The notes: a model not told the origin generated them from the letters alone. Shown: positions 8,163-19,317, numbered from the stretch's first letter. The stretch: 64,000 nt of DNA from Actinomycetales bacterium (GCA_045807245.1 JBJMHS010000008.1:1-64000); one strand, 5' to 3'. Program-made: numbers and translations.

Positions 8163-11100
8163 ATGGCCGGGTCGTTCTCTCGCGTCTTCGCGCGCGTCCC
8201 TACCTCTCGCTACACGCGCTTGGTCACGTTCGCTACAGCGGCGGCGCTGGTGCTGTCGCTGGGTGACCTAGGCGCGACCGGTGCCCCCGCCCGGGCCGCT
8301 GCGGGTGCTGGAGCTTCGGCGCAGGCGAAGGTGACGTCTCGGCCGGATCGGGTGTCGGCGGCGTTGGCGGCTCGGTTGCAGGGCTCCCGTGTCGAAGTCT
8401 CGGGCCTGCGGACGGAACGGTCGGAGACGTGGGTGAACCCGGATGGTTCGCTGACCACGGAGGCGTCGCCGACGCCGCAGCGAGTGCAGCAGGCTGATGG
8501 CTCCTGGGTGCCGTTGGACCTGAACCTGCAGACGACGAAAGACGGCTTCGCGCCCAAGGCTTCGATTGCGGATGTGACGTTCTCCGCTGGTGGTGCGGGC
8601 GCGGCGGTGCTGTTCGCTCGGGGGAGTCGAAAGCTGGGCTTGTCGTGGTCAAAGGCGTTGCCGGCCCCGACCATCTCCGGCTCATCGGCCACGTACGCGA
8701 TCAACGAGAACATGAGCCTAGTGCTGTCGGCGACGCCGGACGGGTTCGAGCAGTCCGTGGTGTTGCAGCACGCGCCATCGTCGGCGCTGGCCCTGAAGCT
8801 GCCGCTGGCGTTGACGCGACTGTCCGCAGTCAGTCGCCAGGGCGGCGGCTTCGATCTGACCGACACAAACGGCACCGCAGTCCTGTCGGCAGCCCCGCCG
8901 TTGATGTACGACGCTCAGCGCGACGAGTCCGGCTCCCCGTCGAACCGCGTCGCATTGACTGCCGATGTGTCGGCGACGTCCGGCGACACGTCGATGACTC
9001 TGACGCCGGCGATGAGCTTCCTGACCGATCCCTCGACGGTCTACCCGGTGACGATCGACCCGGTCATCGGTCACGCGACGGGCCTGGGGGACACGTTCAT
9101 CAAGGAGAACGACAGCACCGCGCACGGCGGGGACTACAACCTGGGCATCGGCAACACCGGCGCGAACAAGATGCGCACCCTGATAAAGTTCGCCGACATT
9201 CCCGGCTACATGGGTGGCGATGTCACGAACGCGACGCTCCAGGTGTACAACTACCTGGCCTACTCCTGCACCAACTACCAAGTCGACGCCTACCCGGTGA
9301 CCTCGAGTTTCGCCATCTCGACCGCGACCTGGGCCAACCAGCCGACGGTCAGCACCAGTTCCTCATACGCCGGCGGGGCCAGCTTCTCCCACGGTTACGC
9401 CACCGGCGGCTGCCTGCACGATTACGCCAACATCGACGTCACCAAGATGACCCAGGCCTGGGCGGCCGGCACGCTGACGAATTACGGCATCGAGTTACGG
9501 GCCCATGACGAGTCGACGAGCGCGGCTGTGCAGCGCAAGTACCTGTGCTCGGGCAACCCAGACCCAAACAGCGGCACGTCCTGCACGACCAGCACCCGCT
9601 CGCCAATCCTGACCGTCACGTACAACTCGATCCCGAGCAAGCCGTCAACGACCAAGATGTCGATGATGCCCAGCGTCACTACAACGACAAGCGTGTATGT
9701 CTCCACGTCCTACACGCCCTCGTTCACGGCATCGGTGTCGAACAGTGACGGTGGGGCCGAGACTGTTGAGTTCCAGGTCGTCAATGATCCCGCGTATCCG
9801 GCCTACTCGTGGACAGGCACCGTCGCGAACGTCACGCCAGGGGCTCCGGCCACGGTGAAGATCCCTACCGCCAACCAACTCACCTCACCCGCTCGCTATC
9901 AGTGGCGTGCCCGCGGGTCAGTCGTCGATTCGCTGGGCGGGACGGACTACGGGACCTGGTCGGACTACGTCACGTTCGCGATGAACGTCGGCAACCCCGC
10001 GGCGCCATCGATTTCGTGCACGCCTTACAGCGCCAATGCGTGGACCGCGCTGTCGGGAAGCGCGAGCTGCACCCTAGACACGGCATCGACTGACGGCGCG
10101 GGCTACTACTGGTCGCTAGATGACCCGTCGCCGGCGGACGGAACGCTGGTCAACGACACGTCCAACTCCGGGGCAGCCAAGACGATCTCCTTCACGCCGA
10201 CGTTGGGGCAGCACACCCTGTACGCCCTTGCGCGGGACAACGCCTTCCACCAGTCCGCCGTCACGACCTACACCTTTGGTGCCGGATCCGGCGGGGTACT
10301 GACCCCGGCCGACCAGTCACGCACCCAGGCCGGTGTCGCGCTCACGGCGCAGAGCGGCTCGGGGTACAACCAGGTCACCTACCAGTACCGGCAAGGGACT
10401 GACTCGTCGGTGCCGTGGATCACGATCCCGACCGGGGACGTCACGCCGCCGGGCAGTGGTACGCCGATCAGCTCGTGGCCGCAGTCCGGGACCACCTCCG
10501 GCTCGGTGGAGAACTACTCGCAACTCAACTGGAACCTGGCCGCGACCGTCCACACGGCAGGTGGCGGCGATGGCCCGGTGCAGGTGCAGGCCTGCTTCCA
10601 GAACTCCGGCGGCACATCCACCTGCACCCTGAGCAATGTCACGAACGTGGCGACCGTGACACTGGCGACGACCTCTTTCGCCGACTCCGCGGCCACGCAG
10701 GACGTCGGCGCAGGCACGGTGTCGCTGAACACTGGCGACTTCCAGGTCGACGAGACCGACGCATCTCAGGCCGGCTTGTCGATCGGCCGGACCGCGACGA
10801 CGTTGTCACCACCCACGGCCAACACCGGCCCGACCGGAGTCTTCGGCGCCGGCTGGACCGCGTCAGTGCCCGGGCCGGACGGCGGCGCAGGTGACTACAC
10901 CCTCGTCGACAACTCGGCCAGCGGCTATGTCACGTTGAAGGCGTCCGACGGCACGTCGCTGATCTACCAGCACACCACCGGCACCGGCACGGCCGCCAAG
11001 TACGTCGGCACGGGAGATGCCAACGACGGCTCCCTGCTGCTGTGCACCACCATCGTGTCCGGGGCCTGCACCACCTGGGTACTCACCGATGTTGACACGA

Positions 11101-14100
11101 CCACCACGACCTGGACCAAGACCGGCAGCACGTGGACCGTGTCGCAGATCGTGCAGCCGGGCGCGGAGTCCACCACGACCTACACCCGCGACGGCAACGG
11201 CCGAGTCACTCGCATTTTGGCCCCGGTCGCGACCGGTGTCACCTGCGGCTCAGGCACGTCGCTGAGCGCCGGCTGCCAGGCCCTGTTCGTCACCTACGCC
11301 ACGTCGACCACGGCGACCGGCACGGGGTCGGGGCAGTGGGGCGACTACACCGGCCTGGTGTCCGGGATCTCGTACGAGGCGTACGACCCGGCCACGACCA
11401 ACATGGCCACCGTGCAGGTCGCCTCTTACCAGTACGACAGCACCGGCCACCTTCGTGCGGCTTGGGACCCGCGGATCAGCCCGGCGCTGAAGACCACCTA
11501 TGCCTATGACTCGAACGGCCGGATCACCACGTTGACTCCGCCCGGTCGGGCCGCGTGGACGATCGACTACGACGACTCCGGCCGCGTGGTCGACGTCTCT
11601 CGGACGGACCCGACACTGGGCGCGGAAAAGCAGGCCGTGGCCTACGGCGTGCCAGTCACCGGAACGGGCGCGCCGATCGACCTCTTCGACTCCTCCACCG
11701 GCACCGCCAGCTGGGCCCAGTCCTCCGACCTGCCCTACGCCGGCGCCGCGGTCTTCCCGGCCTCCAAGGTGCCTGCCTCAGTGGACTCGCACGGCGACTA
11801 CCAGCCCAGCTCGGGCGAGTACGCGTACGCGGATCTGACCTACACCGATATCAACGGCCGGACCGTCGACTCCGCTTCATATGGCGCAGGCGCCTGGCAG
11901 ATCGACTCAACCCGCTACGACGCCAACGGCAACGTCACCTGGCAGCTAGACGCGCTCGGCCGGGCCAATGCGCTCAGCCCGACGGCGGACACGGATGCCT
12001 ACGTGTCCACTCTGCCGACCTCCTCGGCCCGGGCCGACCTGCTGGCCACCGTATCGACGTACACCGCGGACGGCGTTGACCTGCTCACCACGGAAGGCCC
12101 GGCTCACCAGGTCCAGCTTTCCGGCGGCGCGATAGCGTCGGTGCGGACCAAGACGTCGAACACCTACGACCAGTCCGGGCCGACGACGATATGCCCGTGC
12201 CACCTGGTCACGACCACCACGACCAGTCCGGACGTGCTGGATGGCACGACGGTCCCTAGCGCCGACACCAAGACGACCCAGACCGGCTACGACCCGATAG
12301 ACGGCGCCTCCAACACCGGCCCCACCTCCGGCTGGGTCCTGCACGCGCCGACGACCCAGACCACGCCAATGCCCGGGACCGGCAACGACATCGTGACCAA
12401 GTCCCGCTACGACAGCTCCGGCCGCATGGTCGAGGCTCGGATGCCCGCCTCGAGCGGCTCCGACGCCGGGACGACGCTTACGACGTACTACACGGCATCG
12501 GGCACGGGTACCTGTGGGGGTAAGCCGCAGTGGGCGGGCCTGGTCTGCCACGTCGCCCCTGCCGCGCAACCGGGCGGGACGACAATCCCGTCATCCGTCA
12601 CCACGTATGACCTGTACGGCGCGACCAAGACCGTGACGGAGACGTCGGGCACCACGACACGGGTCACGACCAACACCTACGACGCGGCCGGTCGCCCGAC
12701 GATGACCAGCCTGGCCGTCACGCCTTCGTCCGACGGCGGGACTGCCGTGCCTGACATCACGACCGGATACGACGCCTCGACCGGGGATGCGACCAGCGTC
12801 ACCGACGGGACATCGACCATCTCCATTGGCTACAACAGCCTCGGCCAACAAAATTCCTATGCCGACGCCGACGGGAACAACGCGACCACGACGTACGACA
12901 TCGACGGGAACGTCGCCACCCACGCCGACGGCAAGGGCACGTACACCTACACCTACGACGGGACTGACGCCAACGGCAAGACCGAACACCGAGGTCTGGT
13001 CACCTCCCTCGACACCGGCATGGGCTCCGGGATCTCGACGTTCACCGGCGGCTACGACGCCGGCGGGGACCTCACTACGCAGACCTATCCCAACGGCCTG
13101 ATGGCGTCCACACGCTACGACGACACCGGCGAGGCCCGGTCGCTGACCTACGCCAAGTCCGGCGCCACCTGGCTGACCTTCACCAGCACCGAAGACAACC
13201 AAGGCGAGACCGTCGGCGCGAGCTCGGCACAATCCGAGCAGGACTACACCTACGACAACGCCGGCCGGCTCACGTCGGTCGCCGACACCAACCTGGGGCA
13301 GTGCACCAGCCGCACCTACGCCTTCGGGAAGGAATCCACGCGCACCAGCCTGACCACGGCTGGGCCCGACGCGAACGGGTTGTGCCAGACCGGCACCTCG
13401 ACCACGGCCAACTCGACGTTCGACTCCGCGGACCGGATCACCAATACCGGCTATGTGTACGACAAATTTGGTCGCACCACCACGGTGCCCGCAGCGGACC
13501 TGAGCAGCGGCAGCAACGACCTGAGCGTTGGCTATTACGCCAACGACATGGTTGCATCGCAAACCCAAGGCACGAGCGCCAAGACGTTCACCCTGGACCC
13601 GGCTCGGCGGCTGCGGGCCGCGGTAGACTCAACCTCCAGTAGCGAGACTCGGCGCATCCTCAACCACTACGATGACACGGGCGACAGCCCGTCCTGGGTC
13701 AACACCTCCACCGACGCCGGCACCACGTGGAGCTGGGAACGCAACGTCCAAGGCCTCGACGGCAACCTCGCCGCCCTGCAAGACCAAGGCTCCAGCACCC
13801 CGATCCTGCAACTGACCAACCTGCACGGCGACGTCATCGCGACCGTGCCCGACGACACCGGCGCGACCGGCACAGACGCCTACTTCGAGTCCACTGAGTA
13901 CGGTGCCGCCCGCGACACCAATGCGACCAGCCCCAGTCGCTACGGCTGGCTGGGCGGCAAACAACGGTCCACCGACGATCTCGCTGGTGTCGTCCTCATG
14001 GGCGCACGCCTCTACAACCCGGCGACCGGCCGCTTCCTCTCCGTCGACCCAGAGGCTGGGGGCTCCGCGAACGACTACGCCTACCCGACTAACCCCATCG

Positions 14101-14513
14101 ACGGCTTCGACCTCGACGGGCGGCACTGGTGGGGGCGCGTCTGGCATGCTGCGAAGAAGGCATTCTGGGCGACTGACCACTTCTTCAGCTACCGCGATGA
14201 TATTGACGCAGTCAACGACGCACGGCATGGACGATGGAGTCAGGCATGGCGCAAGGAGTCCGGATGGTCGTCTGTCAGCAGCAAAGGCACGAGCGCGGCA
14301 GCGAGTGGTGGCTCCCGATGGGCCGGTGTAGGGCGTCACCTTCACGCCGGGACCCGTATCGGGGGCCACGTGATTAAGAAGTTCGCCAAGTGGGGCACGG
14401 GGATCGGCGTCGCGGCCACCGCGGTTGATTACGGCAACGGATGGAGCAAAAAGCGAATGGGGTGGCCTCACCTTTGGCGACACTCTTGGAAGCCGCGCTT
14501 CCCGTGGCGATGA
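8163..14513 (+). CDS. rhs: Secreted Rhs/YD-repeat polymorphic toxin with DNRLRE-like N-terminal domain
   Basis: Signal-peptide-like N-terminus; YD repeats; RYGWLGGKQR...MGARLYNPATGRFLSVDP...NPIDGFDLDG core; 130-aa variable tip; start reassigned to ATG 8163. Confidence 0.93.
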   Translation: MAGSFSRVFARVPTSRYTRLVTFATAAALVLSLGDLGATGAPARAAAGAGASAQAKVTSRPDRVSAALAARLQGSRVEVSGLRTERSETWVNPDGSLTTEASPTPQRVQQADGSWVPLDLNLQTTKDGFAPKASIADVTFSAGGAGAAVLFARGSRKLGLSWSKALPAPTISGSSATYAINENMSLVLSATPDGFEQSVVLQHAPSSALALKLPLALTRLSAVSRQGGGFDLTDTNGTAVLSAAPPLMYDAQRDESGSPSNRVALTADVSATSGDTSMTLTPAMSFLTDPSTVYPVTIDPVIGHATGLGDTFIKENDSTAHGGDYNLGIGNTGANKMRTLIKFADIPGYMGGDVTNATLQVYNYLAYSCTNYQVDAYPVTSSFAISTATWANQPTVSTSSSYAGGASFSHGYATGGCLHDYANIDVTKMTQAWAAGTLTNYGIELRAHDESTSAAVQRKYLCSGNPDPNSGTSCTTSTRSPILTVTYNSIPSKPSTTKMSMMPSVTTTTSVYVSTSYTPSFTASVSNSDGGAETVEFQVVNDPAYPAYSWTGTVANVTPGAPATVKIPTANQLTSPARYQWRARGSVVDSLGGTDYGTWSDYVTFAMNVGNPAAPSISCTPYSANAWTALSGSASCTLDTASTDGAGYYWSLDDPSPADGTLVNDTSNSGAAKTISFTPTLGQHTLYALARDNAFHQSAVTTYTFGAGSGGVLTPADQSRTQAGVALTAQSGSGYNQVTYQYRQGTDSSVPWITIPTGDVTPPGSGTPISSWPQSGTTSGSVENYSQLNWNLAATVHTAGGGDGPVQVQACFQNSGGTSTCTLSNVTNVATVTLATTSFADSAATQDVGAGTVSLNTGDFQVDETDASQAGLSIGRTATTLSPPTANTGPTGVFGAGWTASVPGPDGGAGDYTLVDNSASGYVTLKASDGTSLIYQHTTGTGTAAKYVGTGDANDGSLLLCTTIVSGACTTWVLTDVDTTTTTWTKTGSTWTVSQIVQPGAESTTTYTRDGNGRVTRILAPVATGVTCGSGTSLSAGCQALFVTYATSTTATGTGSGQWGDYTGLVSGISYEAYDPATTNMATVQVASYQYDSTGHLRAAWDPRISPALKTTYAYDSNGRITTLTPPGRAAWTIDYDDSGRVVDVSRTDPTLGAEKQAVAYGVPVTGTGAPIDLFDSSTGTASWAQSSDLPYAGAAVFPASKVPASVDSHGDYQPSSGEYAYADLTYTDINGRTVDSASYGAGAWQIDSTRYDANGNVTWQLDALGRANALSPTADTDAYVSTLPTSSARADLLATVSTYTADGVDLLTTEGPAHQVQLSGGAIASVRTKTSNTYDQSGPTTICPCHLVTTTTTSPDVLDGTTVPSADTKTTQTGYDPIDGASNTGPTSGWVLHAPTTQTTPMPGTGNDIVTKSRYDSSGRMVEARMPASSGSDAGTTLTTYYTASGTGTCGGKPQWAGLVCHVAPAAQPGGTTIPSSVTTYDLYGATKTVTETSGTTTRVTTNTYDAAGRPTMTSLAVTPSSDGGTAVPDITTGYDASTGDATSVTDGTSTISIGYNSLGQQNSYADADGNNATTTYDIDGNVATHADGKGTYTYTYDGTDANGKTEHRGLVTSLDTGMGSGISTFTGGYDAGGDLTTQTYPNGLMASTRYDDTGEARSLTYAKSGATWLTFTSTEDNQGETVGASSAQSEQDYTYDNAGRLTSVADTNLGQCTSRTYAFGKESTRTSLTTAGPDANGLCQTGTSTTANSTFDSADRITNTGYVYDKFGRTTTVPAADLSSGSNDLSVGYYANDMVASQTQGTSAKTFTLDPARRLRAAVDSTSSSETRRILNHYDDTGDSPSWVNTSTDAGTTWSWERNVQGLDGNLAALQDQGSSTPILQLTNLHGDVIATVPDDTGATGTDAYFESTEYGAARDTNATSPSRYGWLGGKQRSTDDLAGVVLMGARLYNPATGRFLSVDPEAGGSANDYAYPTNPIDGFDLDGRHWWGRVWHAAKKAFWATDHFFSYRDDIDAVNDARHGRWSQAWRKESGWSSVSSKGTSAAASGGSRWAGVGRHLHAGTRIGGHVIKKFAKWGTGIGVAATAVDYGNGWSKKRMGWPHLWRHSWKPRFPWR

Positions 14514-14536
14514 TGCGCTGTGAACAAGGAAGATTG

Positions 14537-14797
14537 ATGGAGCGACCAGAAGACAATGGAACGGACAAGGGCTCGGGACGGCATTCCGGCGCCGTCCGGC
14601 CAAGCGTCAGCCTGGCGAAGGTTCGAGTCCCTCGATATTTACTTGGGTCACTCGCTGTCTTCTTTGTGGGATCAGGCGTGGGTTTGGCTGAGCAAGCGAA
14701 GGCGGGTGCTGTTATCAACGCGCTGGGTCTGGCTGGGATCTTCACGCTTTCGGGAGCGGTCCTGGTCTGGCAATATCTAACTCGCGATCAGGACTGA
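14537..14797 (+). CDS. Small 2-TM membrane protein, candidate Rhs immunity
   Basis: AAGGA RBS, two hydrophobic segments, 23 bp after the Rhs stop. Confidence 0.62.
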   Translation: MERPEDNGTDKGSGRHSGAVRPSVSLAKVRVPRYLLGSLAVFFVGSGVGLAEQAKAGAVINALGLAGIFTLSGAVLVWQYLTRDQD

Positions 14798-14830
14798 ACG
14801 TGGCCACGGTGGCCTTCAATGGAGGATCAG

Positions 14831-15064
14831 GTGACGACCGTACGGCGAAACAACATGATTCTGATCGTCGTCTCTGCGATCGAGACGGTCAGTTTGATCC
14901 TCGCAATCGCTGGAATTCCAACACTGATCCTAGCTCTGGTTGGCCTTTCTAAGCGCCATGACGAAACTGCTTGTCGACGGTGGACGAGAGCGGGTTGGCT
15001 GACGATGGGTGGAATTCTTGCTATTTCGGCCATTGCCACGGTCATTGACTACGTCTTCTCCTGA
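14831..15064 (+). CDS. Small 2-TM membrane protein, second immunity candidate
   Basis: GGAGG RBS before GTG 14831; two hydrophobic helices. Confidence 0.6.
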   Translation: MTTVRRNNMILIVVSAIETVSLILAIAGIPTLILALVGLSKRHDETACRRWTRAGWLTMGGILAISAIATVIDYVFS

Positions 15065-15502
15065 CGATCTAAGGCCAACGTCTCGTTTGGCCGCCGCGCT
15101 GCGCAAGCTCCCCCGTCGATGCGACCGTTTGGACCATAGTGTAAGCCACTGTGCTCTGCGATCAGATATCAGCCAATGGTGCGTACGGACCCGATTGGGC
15201 TGCGGGACTCGCACCCCATCGCACCTGGCCTCTGTGCGTAGGCAGCGAGCCGCACCCAGACCAGCCACTAGCGGAAGCGCCTGCCGTCCCAGACGCTGCT
15301 AAGCGGCATTTCGCGCGGTCCACGGGGCCCGAGATGCCTCGCGCTGTTCTCATCAGCAGCACGTGGCAGGTGAATGGGTAAGGTCTAAAGGCAGTGACAA
15401 GAGCCCTGACGCGGAGTAGTTTCCTGAGCGATCGCCGACGTCGCCAGATTGTTTGCATGAACAGGGCAATACGGTTCGCGCATCTAGACATTAGGGCTCA
15501 TC

Positions 15503-17485
15503 ATGCTCGATTTCGTTCAAGCACGGATAGCGCAGGTCATCACTCTAGTACGAGATAGCGCGGCAGCACGCCGGATATTGACGTTCGTAGTAGGTTTGAT
15601 CGCGCTACTGGTAGCGGCAAACAATGGTGCATCGCGACTTCGCGTGCAGATCTTCTTAATATTGTTTGTTATCGTTTCGACACTCTGGATTCGCGGCGAG
15701 TATGTCGCTGACAGGGAGCGTCACCCCCAAACCCTGCCGTGGTGGGTCGGAGCCGGGATGGCGTCCGGTGGCCTCGTCATGCTCGGCGTTTTCTGGAAGC
15801 TTCATGCAGACGGGCTGGGCCTCTACGGCGTCATCGCCGTGTACTTAGGTACCGGTTCGCTAGTGATGTTGTGGCGCGACCTCGCCCCAGGGGCGGCGAA
15901 CCTGAACCTGCGGATCGGTGTTGTCCTGTTGGCCGTCGGAGGGCTGTCGTTCGTTCTCGGAGCCCTTCTTCTGGGTCGTGCCCCGGTGCTCGTCGGCGGC
16001 CTTCTGCTGGGGACCGCCCTCCTCGGATTCGTACCGCTCGGCTTGTCCGTGGCCGCGGCTCTGCTGATGTCGAAGTTGAATCCGCCTGGGCCGAGCGCGA
16101 TCGCTCCGGCGGTCGCTTGGAGCGCTGTAGCCGGCGCCGGGGTATTTGTCCTTGGGAGTCTCGCGGCCGCGGCGTGGGCCCGTTCGCCGTGGCTGCTGCT
16201 TGCGATGGGCGCGATCGGCCTTCTAATGGTGGCCCAGGCCTCGCCGACTCAGGCCGACATCGTTGCGATCGTCGCCATTCTTGCCTTGATGGGTGTTACG
16301 CCGACAGGCGCGAAGAAGCCGGATGAGCCGGCCGGCCAAGCAGGCGACAAGGTACTGGTTGCACTGGGCGACTCATATATGTCGGGGGAGGGGGCGAGCG
16401 TCTACTTTCGCGGTACCGACGATGGCGGTGGTGACGAATGTCGCCGCTCGCCTACGTCGTGGGCAGTCTTGGCTAGCCAGCAGAGGCCCTTCACGGGCCT
16501 GGTCGATCTCGCCTGCTCCGGCGCCGTAACGAGGAACGTTCAGCATGATCCCGAGGTCGCGTCCCATCCGGACCTAGCAGAGTCTCACTTGGCCCAGGCT
16601 GGGGAGCACTTCACGCAGCTGGACCAGTACGCCCGACTGCCTGTGACCAGTGAGCAGACATATCACCCGGCGCTGGTTGCTGTCACGGTCGGTGGCAACG
16701 ACGCCGGCTTCTCGACCGTCGGAATCATGTGCGTCGCCCCCGGAAACTGCGATGAAAAGAGTGGCCTCTGGCTGATGTCCCTGCCCCAGGTCAAGGAACA
16801 ACTTGAGACGACGTACACAGAGATAGGCGCTGAATTTCCGAACACGCCCGTCGTTGTAACTGCCTACCCCAACCCAATCTTTGACGCCCCAGACTGCGGC
16901 GACCTTGCCCTGTCGCTCACCGAGCGAACATTCATCCGCCGATTCGTGAGCATGCTAAACCAGGACATTCACGAGGCCGCCGACGACCACGGCTTCTATT
17001 ACCTGAGCGACATGGCCAACGCTCTCAGCGATTCGAATCTGCAATTGTGTGACCCGGATAACGAAGGCCACCCGGGTATCAACTTCATTGGACTTCGATC
17101 AGTGAACGGTCCAGCCGAGCAGCGGTTCAATCCGCAACGCTGGGCACATAGCAGCTTCCACCCCAACGAACTCGGCCATGCAGCGATGCTCAAGGCCTTC
17201 GAGAAGTGGTTGGCGACGGTGAACCCTACACAACTCTTTGCCACGCCGAGAACGCCGAAGGCGTCCCTAGCCATTCCGCCCGATACCACGACGACCTCAA
17301 CGAAGAGCACGATATGCCGAGCCTACGACTCAAACGAGGGAAAGGCGAACTGCCGAACAACCGCCAACTCTTGGGCTGAGGGGCAGGTCGGACATGTTTT
17401 GTTCCCTAAAGGGATCCTTGGTCTCTTAGCGGCACTGGGCGCATGGTGGGCGAGCGTCGTCTACTTCGCCTGGCGGCGGACCTGA
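15503..17485 (+). CDS. Multi-TM membrane protein fused to SGNH/GDSL hydrolase (SEST-like)
   Basis: ALGDSY, CRRS, ACSGA, VGGNDAGF, FHPN blocks; long hydrophobic N-terminus and C-terminal anchor. Confidence 0.88.
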   Translation: MLDFVQARIAQVITLVRDSAAARRILTFVVGLIALLVAANNGASRLRVQIFLILFVIVSTLWIRGEYVADRERHPQTLPWWVGAGMASGGLVMLGVFWKLHADGLGLYGVIAVYLGTGSLVMLWRDLAPGAANLNLRIGVVLLAVGGLSFVLGALLLGRAPVLVGGLLLGTALLGFVPLGLSVAAALLMSKLNPPGPSAIAPAVAWSAVAGAGVFVLGSLAAAAWARSPWLLLAMGAIGLLMVAQASPTQADIVAIVAILALMGVTPTGAKKPDEPAGQAGDKVLVALGDSYMSGEGASVYFRGTDDGGGDECRRSPTSWAVLASQQRPFTGLVDLACSGAVTRNVQHDPEVASHPDLAESHLAQAGEHFTQLDQYARLPVTSEQTYHPALVAVTVGGNDAGFSTVGIMCVAPGNCDEKSGLWLMSLPQVKEQLETTYTEIGAEFPNTPVVVTAYPNPIFDAPDCGDLALSLTERTFIRRFVSMLNQDIHEAADDHGFYYLSDMANALSDSNLQLCDPDNEGHPGINFIGLRSVNGPAEQRFNPQRWAHSSFHPNELGHAAMLKAFEKWLATVNPTQLFATPRTPKASLAIPPDTTTTSTKSTICRAYDSNEGKANCRTTANSWAEGQVGHVLFPKGILGLLAALGAWWASVVYFAWRRT

Positions 17486-17536
17486 GCAGTGTGCACTCCG
17501 AGGTCCGGTCGAGCGTGATCGCACCACGCCGAGCAG

Positions 17537-17863
17537 ATGCGGCGGGAGGCGGCCGGCTCGAACGCGGAGTGCGATCAGGGTGCAGCCAGGCGAGTCCTTG
17601 CACGGATGATCGACACCCGCCAGGACGGTGGCGCGGTTGGCGCAGGAAAGGTGCTCCAGGTTGTGCAGGGAGGAGCGGTGGTCGCCGCCAATCCGACGCT
17701 GATCACCAACATCACGGCGGTCACGCCGACCTGTGGCGGTTACCTCGTCGCCTATCAGGACGGCACAACCAGGCCCTCCCCCTGCGGCGCGATCGACGTT
17801 TACAACAGCAGCTCGGGAGTGCAGATCGTCGTCGATTGCCTGGGCTACTTCAGCGCGAACTGA
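17537..17863 (+). pseudogene. Eroded single copy of the actinobacterial secreted beta-repeat (RxxDTR...NxTxV...GY...DxxGY)
   Basis: RMIDTR...TNITAVTPTCGGYLVAY...IDVYN...IVVDCLGYF resembles the repeats at 59487-63391 but lacks the middle segment. Confidence 0.55.
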
Positions 17864-17984
17864 TGTCAGCACGCTCAACAGATCAAGATGGCCGAGCACC
17901 CCCCGCCAACGCGCCGCCAGGTGTCCGGTTCGAGTCCCGCGAGTCGTGGCAAAGGTGAATCGAGTCCAAGGTAGAGTCCGGCTT

Positions 17985-18308
17985 ATGGCTTCCAAGACAA
18001 TCGTCGAGCTCGTCGATGACACAGACGGCAAGAAGGCGGATGAAACCGTCACCTTTGGCCTCGACGGTCGTACCTTCGAGATCGACCTGAGCGCCCGGAA
18101 CGCAAAGGCCCTGCGGGAGCTCCTCCGGCCGTACATCGAGGCTGGCCGGCGCAGCGGTGGCCGATCGCGGCGTGGTGCCAGCCCGCGTGGCCGGTCAGAC
18201 TCACAAGCGATCCGCGAGTGGGCGCGTGCCAGCGGGTACGACGTGTCTGAGCGAGGGCGGATCAGCGCGGAGATCATGGCGGCGTACGAGGCCGCTCCCA
18301 GCGCGTGA
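17985..18308 (+). CDS. lsr2: Lsr2-family nucleoid-associated protein
   Basis: MASKTIVELVDDTDG...FGLDGRTFEIDL and AIREWARASGYDVSERGRI (RGR AT-hook); TAGAGT -10 just upstream. Confidence 0.95.
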   Translation: MASKTIVELVDDTDGKKADETVTFGLDGRTFEIDLSARNAKALRELLRPYIEAGRRSGGRSRRGASPRGRSDSQAIREWARASGYDVSERGRISAEIMAAYEAAPSA

Positions 18309-18633
18309 CTCACCGTTCGCTAGAGGGACGACAACCTAGGCGGTTTCATCCGCTGGCCTGGCGGTGAGGCCGGCAAGGCGATACGGCGTCAACACAGGCT
18401 TCGTGATTCCCTTCCGGAGGGCGTGTTGACAGTCGGCCTCTAGTAGGCGTCTGAAACATGCTGGATCGCCTCAACCGCCATCGTCCGAACCCCGGGCCCT
18501 GAACCGACAAATATGGGCCACTGGCCCAAACGGCACCGTGCCCTGCCTGAAATGAACCATTGGTGCCGTAGGACAAACCATTGATCGAGGTATAGCCATC
18601 GGGGGGTCCCAAGAGGATCATGGTTACTGTCGG

Positions 18634-19317
18634 TTGCGTGCGCGGAGGCAATCAGGCGACCCGGCGTCACGAGACCATTCAAACTCGTCTCCTGTTGCTG
18701 CTCGGAGGCTGGTTCGCATGGACGGATGGAACGCTAGTTCCGCCCCCAGTCACATCTACTATTTCGACATCGGAAACGGCCAATGGGCCGGTGAATTTCG
18801 CTTTCGCGTTGTCGACTGGCGCGCCTTGAGACGTGAGCACAGCGGACTGAAGAACGTCGGGTTATCCGTGGCCATGCACTTCACCCAGCGGCTGACTGGG
18901 CCGGCCCGGCTGAGCTCCATCGTCACCGCGGCCCCTAATGAAGGGGCTTTCGGTGTGGCAGACAACCTTGTGACCTTGTCGAAGTGGGGCCTGACTCTCT
19001 ATTGGCTAAAGGAGCGCTACGTCCTGGATGCGGATGGTACGTCGGTCGCGGTGCATGCCCATGAGAGGTTCGGCCCACTGCGCGGCGTGTTTGAGCGGCG
19101 ATTCGACTACCCCGCGGAGATTCACGCAGGCGGCATGTCATCGACCTACCACATGCCCCTCCTTGGATCGGCGTGGAAAGCCAGCTATCAGGTCGCCCCT
19201 GATCTCGCGCATCTGAGCGGCACCCTGGTTTGCACTTGGGCCCTAGCGAACGAGCAAGCGCAGCGCCGAGCTTCCGGGACGCTCCTGCGCGACATTTCGG
19301 AGGGCGGCGACACGTGA
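18634..19317 (+). CDS. Hypothetical protein (start uncertain)
   Basis: Long ORF with beta-rich composition; its stop overlaps the next start (GTGA). Confidence 0.6.
   Translation: MRARRQSGDPASRDHSNSSPVAARRLVRMDGWNASSAPSHIYYFDIGNGQWAGEFRFRVVDWRALRREHSGLKNVGLSVAMHFTQRLTGPARLSSIVTAAPNEGAFGVADNLVTLSKWGLTLYWLKERYVLDADGTSVAVHAHERFGPLRGVFERRFDYPAEIHAGGMSSTYHMPLLGSAWKASYQVAPDLAHLSGTLVCTWALANEQAQRRASGTLLRDISEGGDT

Noticed and set aside
17924..17940. GGTTCGAGTCC T-loop-like sequence
   Set aside because: The flanking T-stem does not pair and no other tRNA arms are present
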